Assembly: GCF_006345805.1 (NCBI RefSeq) | Contig: NC_043000.1 | Span: 162,936,001-163,000,000 of the forward strand | DNA length: 64,000 nt | Direction of reading: 5' to 3' | From: Octopus sinensis | Taxonomy: Eukaryota | Shown here: piece after piece, positions 24,197 to 40,110 of the stretch | Position numbering within the stretch: position 1 is the stretch's first letter | How the letters are laid out: every line of letters starts with the position of its first letter | Notes under the pieces: generated by a model | What the model was told of the DNA's origin: nothing | Database searches by the model: none | What the model saw: only the letters and a program-made list of their open reading frames with translations | Translations under genes and position numbers: made by a program

Positions 24197-27100
24197 CAGA
24201 GGTTATTAACCTTTTTATTTCCATACCCTCTCTAGGAATTTGTCCTCCTTTCCATCCACCCCATTGCATCTATGAATAAAATTCTGTACCAGATTTCAAA
24301 ATAAAATCTAAAATATGTTTTTAGTCTTTTTATTGAATATGAATTAGTCACATTATACAAAATATGTATGATTTTATATTGAATCACACTATACAAAAAG
24401 TGAGTTACTTCACACTGCTTCTTAACAAAAAGAAAGTTGTTTTTTAATATGAATTAGTCACATTATTAGTGAGATACTTGACACTGCTTCTTAGTTACAA
24501 GATCTTGAATGCATGGTTGAATGCCAGAGGGGGCACAATGTAAGTCCCTTTCAACGTTCAGCCTGTTTCTGTTCTTGGTCTTGACTGCAACGAGCGTGGG
24601 AAAATGCAGCTTCACAAAGATACGTGGATCCAAACATAACTAAAATCCGAGGACCTGACGTGAGATCAGAGGATAAACAGGAAAGTACTTGATCTAGAAC
24701 ATTTCAAGATCCAGTTCTTTGAAGTCTTCCTTAGCCTGGGAGTTGAACTTCAGCTCAAGAAACTCCTCTTGCACTCACACTGAAATGGGTTCCTGATGAA
24801 TTTCCAAGCTTCGCGCTTTTCATCTACATCTGGGATGTATCTGATTAATTCTGTTTTCAAATCAGTTAGATGAGTGATTATTTGTTTCTTAAACTCAGAA
24901 TCAAGGTTACCGTGAATGAGAGCAGAATCCAAATAACAAAAACTGGTTGTATTTCCCTGCTGAATTCGACATTTCCAGAGAACGAGTTTGGCTACGAAGG
25001 TTTGAGTGGTGTTATGGTGTGTGAGAATGTTAATATTTACCCCTTGTAGTTTAAGGTTGAGAGCATTCAACGCTTCGAAGATGTCCACCAGGTAAGCTAG
25101 AGATAGCTGAAAGCCTTCAGACTGGAATTTGCCATGGAGATCTGCCTTCTGCTGCAAATCAAGAACATTTGCTACTTCTTCACGTAGTTCATAAAGCCGT
25201 CCAAGCATGTTTCCCTTTGATGGCCATCGTACGTTCGTGTGAAAAAGCAATGCTTCATGTTCAGATTCCACATCTTTATAGAACAGTTTGAAAAGACGAC
25301 CGTTTAAGGCTCCACCTTTAACAAAGTTGACAACCTTGATAACCATGTTCAAGACATTTCTCATTTCAGTATGTAAGGCTCTGGGTGATAAAGCTTCATG
25401 ATGAAGTATGCAGTGTGTACGTACAACAGATGGATTTTTGTATTTCTCCCTAGTAATGAATCTAGACTTCAGACCAAGCATGGTTGGAGCTCCATCAGTG
25501 TCCACCCCTCCCAGCGAATCCCATGAAAGTCGATTTTCCTGAAAGAAGTTTTTACATCAAGAAAAATAGCTGCTGTCGTTGTACAATTATCCATAGAGTG
25601 ACAGAATTGCCTGACACAAAACGAGGATATACCAGTATCTGAGAACACTGAATGATGTCAGTCGTTTCGTCATACTGGATGGCAAAAACAGGAGAATTTG
25701 ATCTTTGATGTCTTGAGACAAGTCATCGATCCTTCCCTTGATTGTATCATTTGATAATGAAATCTGGGAAAGCTTGTTTGCACTATATTTCCCCGGAACG
25801 AGTTCTGCTGCACGGAGTAGACTTGGTTTTAAGAGAGACTCTCCGATGCCATGGCTCTTCTTGCACTTTGCAATCAACATGGCGATCTCATAGGAAGCCT
25901 CAACAACCATCGAAGTGCCGAAATGTCCCATTACCGTCCAACTTTGCTTGTTTCAAGGAATGTCTTTTTGTTTCAAAGAATGCCTTAGGGTAGTCTGCAA
26001 GAGCAAGATGTGTTGTCCTCGAGTGGCGTTCCAAGCGTGAGGGTCGCATTCTATCACTGTTCGAATTTTTGTAATATATCAAACACTAGGGGACTTCTGT
26101 GTCACCTTTTTGGAGGGACACGAATCTAAATCGAACATATTCGTCAAGGTACTTCCGTTTCTTTGCACTCATTGCGAATTATTTGATGCGCAGTGGACAA
26201 CACAAATATGAGAACGAAAGATAAAGTACGTGTAAGGCAATGTCGAGTTAGAACGCTTGGAGTAAAAAGTTCGGAAAAAAATCAAAACAAAAAATATTGG
26301 AATGAAACTTAAATTAAAAGAAAAGTTATACGAAAAATTTGTATTTATTTGTAAGAAAATATTTTAAAATGTTTCTATAAAAAGGAAAAGATTTTGCATA
26401 GCTTTTAGTTTTACCTAATACTTTCTGTAATATTTAAATCTGAATTTTAGTTTAAAATTTGGCTTTATATTATAATTTCCTTTTTCTTACGAAAAAATTT
26501 ACTATATTTTTAATATAAACATTTTGGTTTTATTGTTAATTTTTTTTTATTTTTCCAATCTGTATTTTTTTTTTTTTTTTTTTGAGACTTTATCAAATTG
26601 AGCGATAGTAGAACCTATTACATACTTTTCGTTTTTATTTCCTATTTTTAAATATATCGTACTTTTCCTCTTGCTAAAATTTAAAACTAGTTTTCAATTT
26701 TCAAATTGTGTTAATATTTCTTAGTATGGTAATATGATGTTTCAGCATCTCTCTTATTTTTAAGAATTACATTATTTCATATATATGAAAACTATGGATC
26801 AAACTTGTTTATAATCTATTAACTGAAAAAGATGTTTGTCTTTACACGATAATATCTAAGCTTTATAACATTGGTTCTTAACTTGAATCTTGTTATAACA
26901 AACAAAAATTTACAAAATAAAAGCAAATATTAAAGCTACAATCCAGAATTAGTGAAGGTTTTGAGGGATATGAAGTGGGGTCAATCGGTACAGAAAATGC
27001 TAAGCGGCGCTAAGATAGCAGAATAAGAGAACTAAAGGAATAAGCATTTTTTGCACTTTTTCCTGAAATTCTCATTATTTGACTACGCTCTCGTTAAGAG

Positions 27101-27230
27101 AATAACAAATATAATTACAGAAATTCCAGTTTTTTGTCAAGGGCTCGTGCCCCCCTTGGAAGTTACTGACGCCCCCCACCCCACCCCACTAGTGGGGACG
27201 CCCCCCCCACCCCCAGGTTAAGAATCACTC
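24197..27230 (-). mobile_element. hAT (Buster/Charlie-type) DNA transposon, degenerate
   Basis: TIRs cagaggttattaacct and (reverse complement) gagtgattcttaacct, 12/16 match. Left flank gacTAgac fits the Buster nnnTAnnn pattern; the right TSD is not retained. Confidence 0.82.
24466..26172 (-). pseudogene. hAT transposase pseudogene
   Basis: MSAKKRKYLDEY..MRPSRLERH..EASYEIAMLIAKCKKSHGIGESL..LSNDT..TDGAPTM..THCILHHEAL..LLFHTNVRWPSKG..LAYLVDIF..KKQCQVSH*; stops and frameshifts present. Confidence 0.9.
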
Positions 27231-27662
27231 TTCAGAATGGTATTCAAGCATGGAGGCAATCTAATGACTGGAACAAGTTAAATACGAAAGATATATGTAA
27301 GTTGAATTTTGGGAATCCGAGATAGACTGCTGGCTCTTGGATATTGCTGGGGCTTCCTATGGGGCTTCGTTCCACCATTCCATTCCGGTCGTCATGGTAT
27401 CTGCTTCTCTGAACTTCTTAACTGAATGTTCCTCCACATAAGACATGCTACACACCAGTACGTATCTCTGTCTATGTTATATTTCCTATCTCATGTTTCA
27501 TTGTATGTTTTATTCAAAACCTTTCACCCAACAGTTTCAATGTTTAGACCAAGTTTCTATTCATTCATTCATTCATTTCCTGAAGTCATTGACCTGCACA
27601 TTGAAAGCTAATCGCGAATATTCTGAGAGGATGGGGAGGTTACGAAGTTCATTGCCCTAACA

Positions 27663-27665
27663 GTG

Positions 27666-27696
<31 letters not shown>

Positions 27697-27707
27697 TGTG
27701 TGTGTGT

Positions 27708-27746
<39 letters not shown>

Positions 27747-27874
27747 TGTGTGTATGTGTGTGTGTGTGTGTATGTGTGTGTGTGTGTATGTGTGTATGTG
27801 TGTTTGTGGGTGTGTGTGTGTGTATTGTGGTGTGTGTGTTATGGTGTGTGTGTGTGTGTGTTGTATGTGTGTGT

Positions 27875-27940
<66 letters not shown>

Positions 27941-27945
27941 GTGTA
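27663..27945. repeat. (GT)n microsatellite
   Basis: Direct inspection. Confidence 0.97.
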
Positions 27946-28489
27946 TATACACTTTTACGACGTTATAGTATATTATGCATTTAAGACAAAAAAAAATCTG
28001 CTCCTCGGAAAAGTTTAACTGCATTCCCCTCCAACCTAGCCTATCCCACACGACTTGCTATCCTGCTTCTTATACGGTTCATTTACATAACTCTCTAAAT
28101 ACTTTCCTCAAGCCCTTTCATCCAGAATTTCAGCATTGAGAAATTTCTGGAATGCGAGTTTTATTCATTTATTTATTTATTTATTCATTTATATATTCGT
28201 TGCTGCCGAAGTCAGCTTTGTCCTTCATCCTTTCGGGGTCCAGAGAATAAGTACCAGTCGTGGACAAAGATCGATGCACTCGACATCATCCGTCCCTAAA
28301 AATTGTTGTTCTCGCGCCCAAATTAGAATTATTTATTTATTCACCTTTATGACTATTCGTTTCCTAGAGTCGTTGATCGAGTCATGTCTAAATTTGCCGT
28401 GGATCTCACACGCCCTGGGTAGAGCAGGTGGCCACGAGGTACATAGACTTTGCCTCTCTCCTCAAATTGGCTTACCCATACAATCATAC

Positions 28490-28885
28490 GCACTCTCTCT
28501 TTTACTCTTTTACTTGTTTCACTCATTTGACTGAGGCCATGCTGGAGCACCACCTTTAGTCGAGCAAATCGACACCAGGACTTATTCTTTGTAAGCCTAG
28601 TACTTATTCTATCGGTCTCTTTTGACGAACCGCTAAGTTACAGAGACGTAAACGCACCACCATCGGTTGTCAAGTGATGTTGGGGGGACAAACACAGATA
28701 CACAAACGTATACACACACACACACACACACACACAGAGTTTCCGTCTACCAAATCCACTCACAAGGCTTTGGTCGGCCCGAGGCTATAGTAGAAGACAC
28801 TTGCCCAAGGAGACACGCAGTGGGACTGAACCCGGAACCATGTGGTTGGTAAGCAAGCTATTTACCACACAGCCACTCCTACGCA
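28490..28885 (-). mobile_element. OK-like CORE-SINE
   Basis: Co-linear with 12600-12995. Confidence 0.85.
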
Positions 28886-28933
28886 CTGTTAAAATGTATT
28901 TCATTTTTCGTAACTCACTAAACACTTCTCAAA

Positions 28934-29143
28934 GAGGTAATATTTATTACCACTTAAACGTGGATGTTCTATTAGAATAAACCATACTACGGTAGATACC
29001 ATGAGAGAGATTCCTGTAGGCTTTTGGTGCTAAATGCCCTTTGCACCAAAAGGTAGTGTGAGTGTTTCTCTCGTGGTATCTATCGCAGAATAATTTATCC
29101 TAACAGAGCATCCACGTTTAAGTGGAAATAAATATATTACCTC
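28934..29143. mobile_element. About 210-bp fold-back MITE
   Basis: Arms gaggtaatatttattaccacttaaacgtggatg / catccacgtttaagtggaaataaatatattacctc, plus inner stems. Confidence 0.8.
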
Positions 29144-29422
29144 ACGCAATTCACATTACTTTTGTCGCTGATATATGCTTTTCTCAAATATGAGGCATTT
29201 CTTAAACGTAGGTATTACATATTTATTCGTTTATGAATTTATTTATGTATTCATGTGTTCAGTATATACATTTACTTGTTGATATATCCTGGAGTTGTTG
29301 GTCTAGACATGACTAAACTAACAATTACTGTCACTGATTGTGAGCAGGGGCGACAGCTACGAGGTACATTGATTCTGACACGCCTGACCCTAATTCCCAA
29401 CAGGTTTTCTATTAAAGTTATA

Positions 29423-29936
29423 TCTATATATATAAAACTGTAGTTGTGTGAGTGTCTGTCCCCTTCGATTTAGATTCCTAACTACTCCCACATTTTGCGG
29501 TGCAGTTTAACCAAATTCGGGTATCTTATAGTTGTGATTCATATCGAGCCCATCTGCGTATTAGCACGCGTCTACGATGAGTCTACGATTTTAAAAATAA
29601 TTTAACATTATTTTTTATTCCATTTTAATGCATATTTTTTCGTGTGTCGATGGCGGCGGAGTTGGCGTCCATGGTCACACCTGCACTTGTGTTGCTTCTC
29701 CCCCTTCTTCCCTCCCTCGTGAAGCTGTGGGGAAGGGAGTGTAAGGAAATCAACGTCGTAAAGCGTTGTCAAGGAGACCAGCGTTCTTTTAGAACAACGA
29801 CTTCATGGCTTGAAGACACCAAAACAGAAATGGCTAAGAAAGCCCGAATTGGCATCTACAAGGGAAGTAACTCTCTAAAAATGCTTATATAGTTATTTCC
29901 CTTACAAACCCGAGCAACGCCGGGCGATACTGCTAG
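29423..29936 (+). mobile_element. Complete non-autonomous Helitron (514 bp)
   Basis: A|TCtatatatataaaac start, subterminal hairpin cccgagcaacgccggg, and CTAG|T end; inserted in an AT dinucleotide with no TSD. Confidence 0.88.
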
Positions 29937-30192
29937 TGTGTTATAAAATATAACATCAAAACAAGTCAAGCATGCATCACCGTGACTACATTCTATCACA
30001 TTATTTCAATTAATCCACTTCACAAAACTCTTCGTATCCATACTTGTTTCAGGTCAACCACCTGACAGAATACTCGTTGACACCATTCTGACTGAGACGT
30101 GATGACGAGGCAAAGTATTTGAAAGTCATCCAGTGATAGATGCGCTTGAAAACGGGAACCATTAACACTATTGACCATTAATTTTCAATCAA

Positions 30193-30387
30193 GTGGCGTC
30201 GCTGTGTGGTAAGAAGCTTGGTTCCCATGACATGGTTCCGGGTTCAGTCCCACTTCGTGGCACCTTGGGCAAGTGTCTTCTACTATAGCCTCAGGCCAAC
30301 CAAAGCCTTGTGAGTGGATTTGGTAGACGGAAACTGAAAGAAGCCCATCGTGTATACACACACACACACACACACAATCACACACAC

Positions 30388-30425
<38 letters not shown>

Positions 30426-30910
30426 TCATATATATATATGAATTTGTGTTTCAAGTTCCCTGACGTAAAGTCGTGCGTTGAAACAAATATTGTTGTATTT
30501 CGGGACGGTCATTTTTTTGGTGTGGGGGGCAAATAAACACACGCACTACATATTCGCTCTACACTCGTTTATTACTGTACTTATTCTAACCCATGCCCAT
30601 TATGAAGAGAGATTTCCGGACAATGGACAAACGAGCGAAGAACGAATATATAGCGCGTGTGTTTACAAGAATATATATATATATATATATATATATAGCT
30701 TTGTGTGTGAGTGCTTGTCTTTGGTCCGCCACAATCGCTTGGTGTGTTTAAGTCGCTGTAATCTAGCGGTTCGGCAAAAGAAACCGATAGAATAAGTACT
30801 AAGCTTACAAATATTGAGTCGTGGGTTCGATTTCTTCGACTAAAGCCTTTTAAGGTGGTGCTCCAGCATGGCCGCAGTCAAATGACTGAAACAAGTAAAA
30901 GAATAAAAAT
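30193..30910 (+). mobile_element. OK-like SINE with an internal inverted-repeat insertion (about 30535-30664)
   Basis: Head and core at 30193-30350, 3' part at 30700-30910. Internal arms aaacacacgcactacatattcgctct / agaacgaatatatagcgcgtgtgttta. Confidence 0.75.
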
Positions 30911-31879
30911 AATCAATTCAATTTTATTACGAGTATTAGTAATGTTATTTCTCTTCTCTTACCAGTTACTTTGTCTTCATTGCATTCATATACTTACTGT
31001 ACATATGATACTCACACACACACACACATACACACACACACACAATCACACACACACACACACACACACATACACACACACACACAATCACACACACACA
31101 TACACACATACACACAGACAGAGTTAAGGCGATGCAACCCCAAATTCCTCTTATGTGGTTCAGTAATACTAGCTCTGACCCATCGTTTTCAAAAGTATCA
31201 TATTTTTAATTTCGTATTTCTCTGTTGAAGGAGTGATTGTACATTTGACATAAAAGTATATTGTGTTTATTTTGGGGCCATTCGTCTAATAAAGGGATTT
31301 TCTCTCGGAATCCAGCTTCTGCTTTTTCAAAGACATACATATTCTAAGAATATGATTCTAACTTAGAGTCGCTTTATTTGCTTAATTTGAAATTTACTCT
31401 GCCTCGGCGGCATAATTGCAAACCGGTGTATGGTATACTTTTTCTATATAATTCAGACTGGAGAGGTCGACCTCGTTCTGGAAGTAACACGAGAGGGCGA
31501 CACTAACAAGATGCAAAAATGGAGAAATGCTTATCTGTTGCACTCGCGGTCACTTCCAGGATGATTTCGTTTCGTCAAACTCTGGTGTATATTGTATTTT
31601 TTGACAAAATAATCTGTTCGGGGATTGTTTTTCCGGACGAAATCTGCAACCTCTGGCTTTTCAACGATACACATACGTTAAGCATGTTAAATATATTTAA
31701 CGAGCCTGTTGAGAAATTTGTATGTGTTTATGTGTGTACATACTTTTATACATGCCAACGGATAATACTGAACCTATCTAAGTGTACATGTATATGCGTG
31801 TGTCATTATTTAGAGAAATACAAAGGGGAGAGAGAGAGAGAGAGAGTGAGATGAGACAGACAGAAAGAATGGAGATACA

Positions 31880-32490
31880 TACGAGGGTTGCTGAAAAGTT
31901 CTTTGTATTGCGAAAGGACAGAGCTTTTACCTTTGCTGGGGAGGTGGTACAACTATTGAGAAGATACGCAAAACATCATGATGGTATACAATATATCTTT
32001 TTCTTTTTTACAGATTTAACGCGTGGTGGCAGCTCCTACAGTGGATTTAGGTAAAATTGAAGCACGATAGGTCTAGAACTACTTCGATTGCATAATTCGA
32101 ACATTTGTATTAAAATTTAGTTAAATATATCTAACGATCCTGTTGAGATATTCTTATGCGTTTATATGTGAACATGCTTTTATGTATGTGACCGCGGAAG
32201 TTGGCCGACTTAACTGGGGTTCATCTGTGACCTCGAAATGACCAGTCCGAAACCTTAACGCCTAGATTTTCACTGTGGAATAAGCTGAGCAACCATCCTT
32301 CAAGACTTCATATCGTCATGGATTTCCGCCGCTCCTTTGCTTTGCAAAAAGAGGGAATTCACGGCGAGATGAAGTCTTTAAGGATGGCTGCCCATCTTAC
32401 TCTACAGTGAAAATCTGGATGTCAAGGTTTCGGACTAATCATTTCGAAGTCACAGATGAACCCCGTTCAAGACGGCCAACTTCCACAACC
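31880..32490 (+). mobile_element. Mariner remnant (TIR plus HTH fragment)
   Basis: tacgagggttgctgaaaagtt TIR-like start; GCPSYSTVKIWMSRFRTNHFEVTDEPRSRRP. Confidence 0.7.
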
Positions 32491-32492
32491 AT

Positions 32493-34916
<2,424 letters not shown>

Positions 34917-34949
34917 CCATACTACAATCATCAGGAAGGCATCAGCTTA

Positions 34950-35270
34950 CAATGAAAGTGGAAAAAGATAAATTTGTTCCGCGTGAAATAAGTGCTGCAA
35001 AACAAGATGCATCGTTTGACCGTCCGTTCTTTCCTTCTGGGCGAATCGAAAGGAGACCGTTTTCGAAAAGAAAAATCACTTGTGACTAAATATGGGTATT
35101 TTATGACAACAGCAAAATCTCTTCATAATGGCTAGGAGCTGAAGAGTTACCTGAAGAGCGAGCAGCTGAAGAGTCGCGTTTCAAAAACCCCTTTATGCTC
35201 CCAAAAGTTAGAGTTACTCTTTGGTGATACTGTCAAGGAATCAACCATTATTCGTTTCTACAGCCAAGAG
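34950..35270 (+). pseudogene. Mariner catalytic-domain fragment
   Basis: KITCD*IWVFYDNSK corresponds to the mariner TGDEKWxxYDN motif. Confidence 0.6.
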
Positions 35271-35404
35271 AAAGAGTAACAGCCTGAATTTACCGTTAGC
35301 ATTTTAAGGAAATGAATTCTAAATTAACCAGGAAACATTTTGTATTGGTAAAGAGCCCAGAGCTTATACACTTCCATGGTGATGGCGAGACCAAAGTAAA
35401 GTTG

Positions 35405-35726
35405 CAACCCATTAGAAGCTGTGTGGTAAGAAGCTTACTTCTTAACCACATGATTTCGGATTCAGACTCACTGCGTGACACTTTGTGCAAGTATCTTCTA
35501 CTATAGCCTCAGACCGACCCAAGCCTCGTGAGTGAACTTAGTAGACGGAAATTGAAAGAAGCCCATCGTATATCTATGTGTGTGTATCTCTTTTTCTATG
35601 CTTTTGTCACCCACTACCGCTTGACAACCGGTGTTGGTGTGTCTAACTTTCCGTAAACTAGCGGTTCGGCATCAGAGACCGATAGAATAAGCACTAGGTA
35701 TTAAAAAATAAGTCCTGGGGTCGATT
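35405..35726 (+). mobile_element. OK-like SINE, 3' end interrupted
   Basis: gctgtgtggtaagaagctt..gcaagtatcttctactatagcc..gatagaataagcactagg. Confidence 0.8.
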
Positions 35727-35808
35727 TATAAGAAACAAACAAATAGGACATTATTTACATTCGACGGATATTTGTCCTCATCTTGTGCTGTTAACACAAC
35801 GTTTCGGA

Positions 35809-35856
<48 letters not shown>

Positions 35857-36212
35857 CATCATCATCATTATTGTTCAGGTCATTGCTTGGATTCGAACTC
35901 GGAATCTTGGGGTTAGTAGCCTGCGCTCTTCACTACGCCACGGGCATAAGGCGTAGTGGTTAAGAGCGCAGGCTACTAAGCCCAAGATTCCGAGTTCGAT
36001 TCCAAGCAGTGACCTGAACAACAACAATAATAATAATAACAACATCGAAGAATACCTTAGGAATGAGAACCCAGGTTCGAAATTTCCCCAAAGCGCCTGA
36101 AGAGGGCTGGAGGGTATATCAGCCGAAAGGTTGTGTTAACAACAAGCAAGATGAGGACAAATATCCGTCGAATGTAAACAATGTAAATAATGTCCTATTT
36201 GTTTGTTTCTAT
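35727..36212. mobile_element. Head-to-head pair of tRNA-headed, hammerhead-tailed elements
   Basis: Plus copy: ggcgtagtggttaag (A box, 35950), gagttcgattcc (B box), (aac/aat)n, then CTGAAGA G GGCTG gagggtatat CAGCC GAAA gGTT gtgtt (36097-36137). The mirror copy ends at 35939 and has an internal deletion. Confidence 0.8.
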
Positions 36213-37244
36213 CAAAGACGTTAAGTTGTAGAACAGAGATTCAAATATTGGGTTGCGCTTCAGGTGACAATTTTACCTGTTTGGTTTCAGACAATTTCTA
36301 TCTGTGAAACTGTAACATAGAGCACGAATGAGTTTGTCATCTATGTTTATATACTCCGGCTGCTTACTGAAATTGAAATATTACATAAACATAGATTTAC
36401 CTTTTATAAATTACAACACAGAAGCCTTTTATGTTTTAGTGACAAATATTTTATTGCTTGAATATACAGTTTCCCTTTCCTTCCTGAGATCATAGATTTT
36501 GTCGAAAATATATTGTTTTTATATATATAATATAATTCTCTGTATACTTATATTACTCTCGTGTATGAGAGAGTGTATTATGAATATTATGCATTACATT
36601 TTGTGGTCTAGTACTCACACAATACTAATCTTTTCGTGGCAAGAAGCTGGGCGGAGGAAAAACTCTCAAAAGCAATAGATGCAGAGTAGCAGAAAATGCA
36701 TTTTAGTACATTAATATAGTGGTTTGAGAGTTTGCGGAGTACCAAACTAGATATTGTAAAAAGGTATTTAAAAAGCCAAAGATTTACACAAAACGTCCGT
36801 CCTAAACACCCTTTTGTAATACATATGTAAAATAACGAATTCTTTTGGCCATAATATACATACAAACATAGACATATGTTGCAGTTTTGATGGAACTGGT
36901 AGACTTTTTTTTTAATGTACATCACAGTATTTACTTTATTTATCTGTTCTGATTTTCAAAACTTGTCAAGGTCACTTTCTTATCTCATGGAGTAGTAAAA
37001 TGTGCGTTGAGGGTCAGTTAACAGAGGCAATTGGTCCTCTGGTAGACTTAACAGCGTTTACTCTATTGCAGTATTTGAACAAAATCCCCACCCCCACCGG
37101 GTTACTTCCTCGCACATCTTTTCCCTGCAAATATTGAACTGAAAATGTGTCGGGCAGGATATTAGTTGCATCGATCTAACCAGTGTGGAAGGCCGAAACA
37201 TTTCCTGGAAACTGTCCCTCACCCATCTCAATAAATTATAATAA

Positions 37245-37460
37245 TCCTTTCTACTAGAGGCAGAAGGCCCGAAATTTTGTGGAGCAGGAGCTAGTCAATT
37301 ACTTTGACCCCAGTGTTCAACTGGCACCTTTTTCATCGACCTATACAGGATAAAAGGTAAAGCCGACCTCGACTGAACTTGAACTCAGAGCGTGAAAACG
37401 GATGAAATGCCACTAAGCATTTTATCCACGTGCTAACGATTCTAGCAGCTCGTAGCTTTT
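37245..37460 (-). mobile_element. Nin/Deu-type SINE
   Basis: aaagccgacctcgactgaacttgaactcagag, same family as 9598. Confidence 0.75.
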
Positions 37461-37724
37461 GACTAAATTATAATAAGAAGAATCAGTTGATTAGAATACC
37501 ACTAGAAGCATATTCAAATGTTTTTTTTCCGTCTCTCGATTCTGGGGCATATATTCCGTGTGAATTTAAATTTAATTTTATTTAAAAGTACGTTTGAGAG
37601 TGCAGATGGGATAAAGCATATGTATATACAAGAACCAACAGTATTTGAAACCCCGGTTTACGATACCAAGATTTTCTGCAAAAATTTCATCTTATTAGTT
37701 GTAGAAAAAACCCAAAGTTAACAG

Positions 37725-38134
37725 TTACGCAGCAGCTAACAAATAGGTTTCACCCTTTTCGACTGTAGCCAACGGTGGAATTTGATTGGGTTCTTTGATG
37801 CCTAACGATTGTCGTTCCTCGATGATGTGTAATTCTGTAGCATCTGAAAACATATCGACATCTTGTATATTTCGTGGGTACCGTAGATATTTGACTATCA
37901 GTGGAATCGTGATTCTTGCTCCCCAGATGAATATTATTACACAAAATACCAGACCAATGATCATACTGAGCGCCATTGTACTGTCCTTCCCTTTACTCAC
38001 ACTTGCAGTAGTGACATTGGTAACATTGCAGTATGGTATGCATAGAAGATCCTGTTTCTTCTCTTCTCTCAGGTGTAATCCACTTCTAGCTTCAACTGTA
38101 AACGTACCGCCGAAAAGGAAAGTTAAATACGTAT
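37725..38134 (-). CDS. Terminal coding exon of small single-pass membrane protein A (unknown family)
   Basis: Non-repetitive ORF: NVTNVT sequons, TM MALSMIIGLVFCVIIFIWGARITIPLIV, basic KYLRYPR, tail ending PPLATVEKGETYLLAAA*. Phase-1 acceptors tttcag| (38134) or tttacag| (38095). Paralogous to 53609. Confidence 0.75.
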
Positions 38135-38361
38135 CTGAAACGATTAATTTGCATATATATGTGAGTATGTGCAAGCGGTTAAATGTGTGTGTATTTATGT
38201 GTCAACGTGTATGTATATACATATGTGTATGTGAGTGTGTGTGTGTTTATAATACACACACACATATATGTATGTATATATAATAATATAAGTAATATAT
38301 AAAGATATGCATATGTACATACACATATGTACATACCTACATATATATGTATATATACATG

Positions 38362-38716
38362 CATATATGGGTACAGGACATCAAAAAAACGTTGAACACA
38401 ATGAGAAACGAAAACATAAAAATAAAAACATAGAAGCGAACTTTTTTTTCACACAACGATAAAACAGAGAAACAAGACATACAACACAAGGAATATTCCC
38501 CTTCTTCAGTTATCCCTGTTTCATCTACTCCGCGTTTCGAGATAAGGACAAGACGCGACTTCTTTGAAACAGTCCTTCCCGCAAAGCAAATTAAATAAAA
38601 TTTGCGGGAAGGATTGTTTCAACGGAGTCGCGTCTTGTCCTTACCTTCGAAAACGCGGGGTAGATGAAACAGGGATAACTGAAGAAGGGGAATATTCCTT
38701 GTTTTGTATATGTCTT
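38362..38716. mobile_element. PLE-type terminal repeat with about 225-bp inverted duplication (38481-38706)
   Basis: Arms acaaggaatattccccttcttcagttatccctgtttcatctac..ccttcccgcaaa and their reverse complement, with few mismatches. Confidence 0.7.
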
Positions 38717-39574
38717 GAATAATTAAGAATCACGTCTCTTGACACAGATGCTTTGAGAAACTTAGAAAGGGTTACTCTAAAATCTTTCTTGCAAGGGAGA
38801 TCATTCAACTATTTAGCTACCGCTACACAAAAAATGCATGCAATAGAAATGTCAAACTATGCGCAAGCTAAGGAAAAATTCCAGTCGATATACAAGTGTT
38901 CAAATTCAAATCATGCAAGTTTTTAGAAAGTCCACAGAAATTGAATACAACGATGAGAAATGACGGAAAGTTATGTATATACATGATATGTATATACATG
39001 ATATGTATATACATGATATGTATATACATGATATGTATATAGCAGACGCATACTGAAGGTGAAAACAGTAGCGCAAGGCATTGTGAAAGTACATGCTGGA
39101 CAATTCTTCTGAAAAAGTTTAGTACGCCGAGAAATTAAGTCTCGCAACTTTATATATGAAGAAAATGACAATATGACAAAAGCTGTAACGCTGAAAGTTA
39201 GCAATAACCTTGCTGTGGCAAAAGTTGAGCTGGTGTGAGGATGATCATGAGAAGCTGGACTTGCAGTGGTAAGCTATACACTGAACAAAGCAGGATGTTG
39301 AAATGAGCTGGTTACTGTACTTGCAGCGAAAAAGGATGTTGAAATATTAACAAATCTCGGATTTGAAACTTCCATTTGTAAACTGGTTGAAAATATTGTT
39401 TCAGGCTGAAATAAATTTTAGTAGCGTTGTTGACGGAGCAGAAAAAATGGTCTGCTGGTATCGTGAAGGAAGAAATGCTGTTTATTCAAAATGTCGATAG
39501 TCCCTTTCCCTTTACTCTAATCCAGTATTGAGTACACTCTTTTCGATAGTGGTTATTCCTGTTCTCGCCAATAG

Positions 39575-39636
<62 letters not shown>

Positions 39637-39817
39637 AGATGTATGCTTGTGTACATGTAGGTTACATCCATCCGTTCAGCCAGTCATACTGCCATGCGAG
39701 CATACATACATACATATATACATGCATACATACATACATATATACATGTATACATACATACGTACGTACATACATACATACATACATACATACATACATA
39801 CATACATACATACATAC

Positions 39818-40110
39818 ATGGTGGCTGCCCCCTCGTTATCGAGTATGGCCATTGCACGAAGCTTAATCAATGTTGTTATCGTGTAATGCCTGTGCAAGAA
39901 GATTTTTTTTAAGTGAGGAAAGGCTGTGCACTGAGTCAATCCCACTCACTAAGCAACAGCAGCCATAATCCGAAAAGAAGAACAAGTCAGCATCGTCGGT
40001 AACCACTGAGCCGCAGGTTTTATGTCGGAGTTATCCCAGTTACCTGAGTTCCCTTCGCCTAGAAGGATGCCCTAACAAAGGCTCGGAGTCCTTCACTCCC
40101 AATAGTTTAA
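39818..40110 (-). mobile_element. Second copy of the (ATGT)n-tailed retroposon
   Basis: Reverse complement of about 23570-23870; tail merges into (CATA)n at 39700-39817. Confidence 0.8.

Noticed and set aside
39040-39480. REIKSRNF resembling a kinase HRDIKSxN loop
   Set aside because: Several stops and no other kinase motifs in frame.
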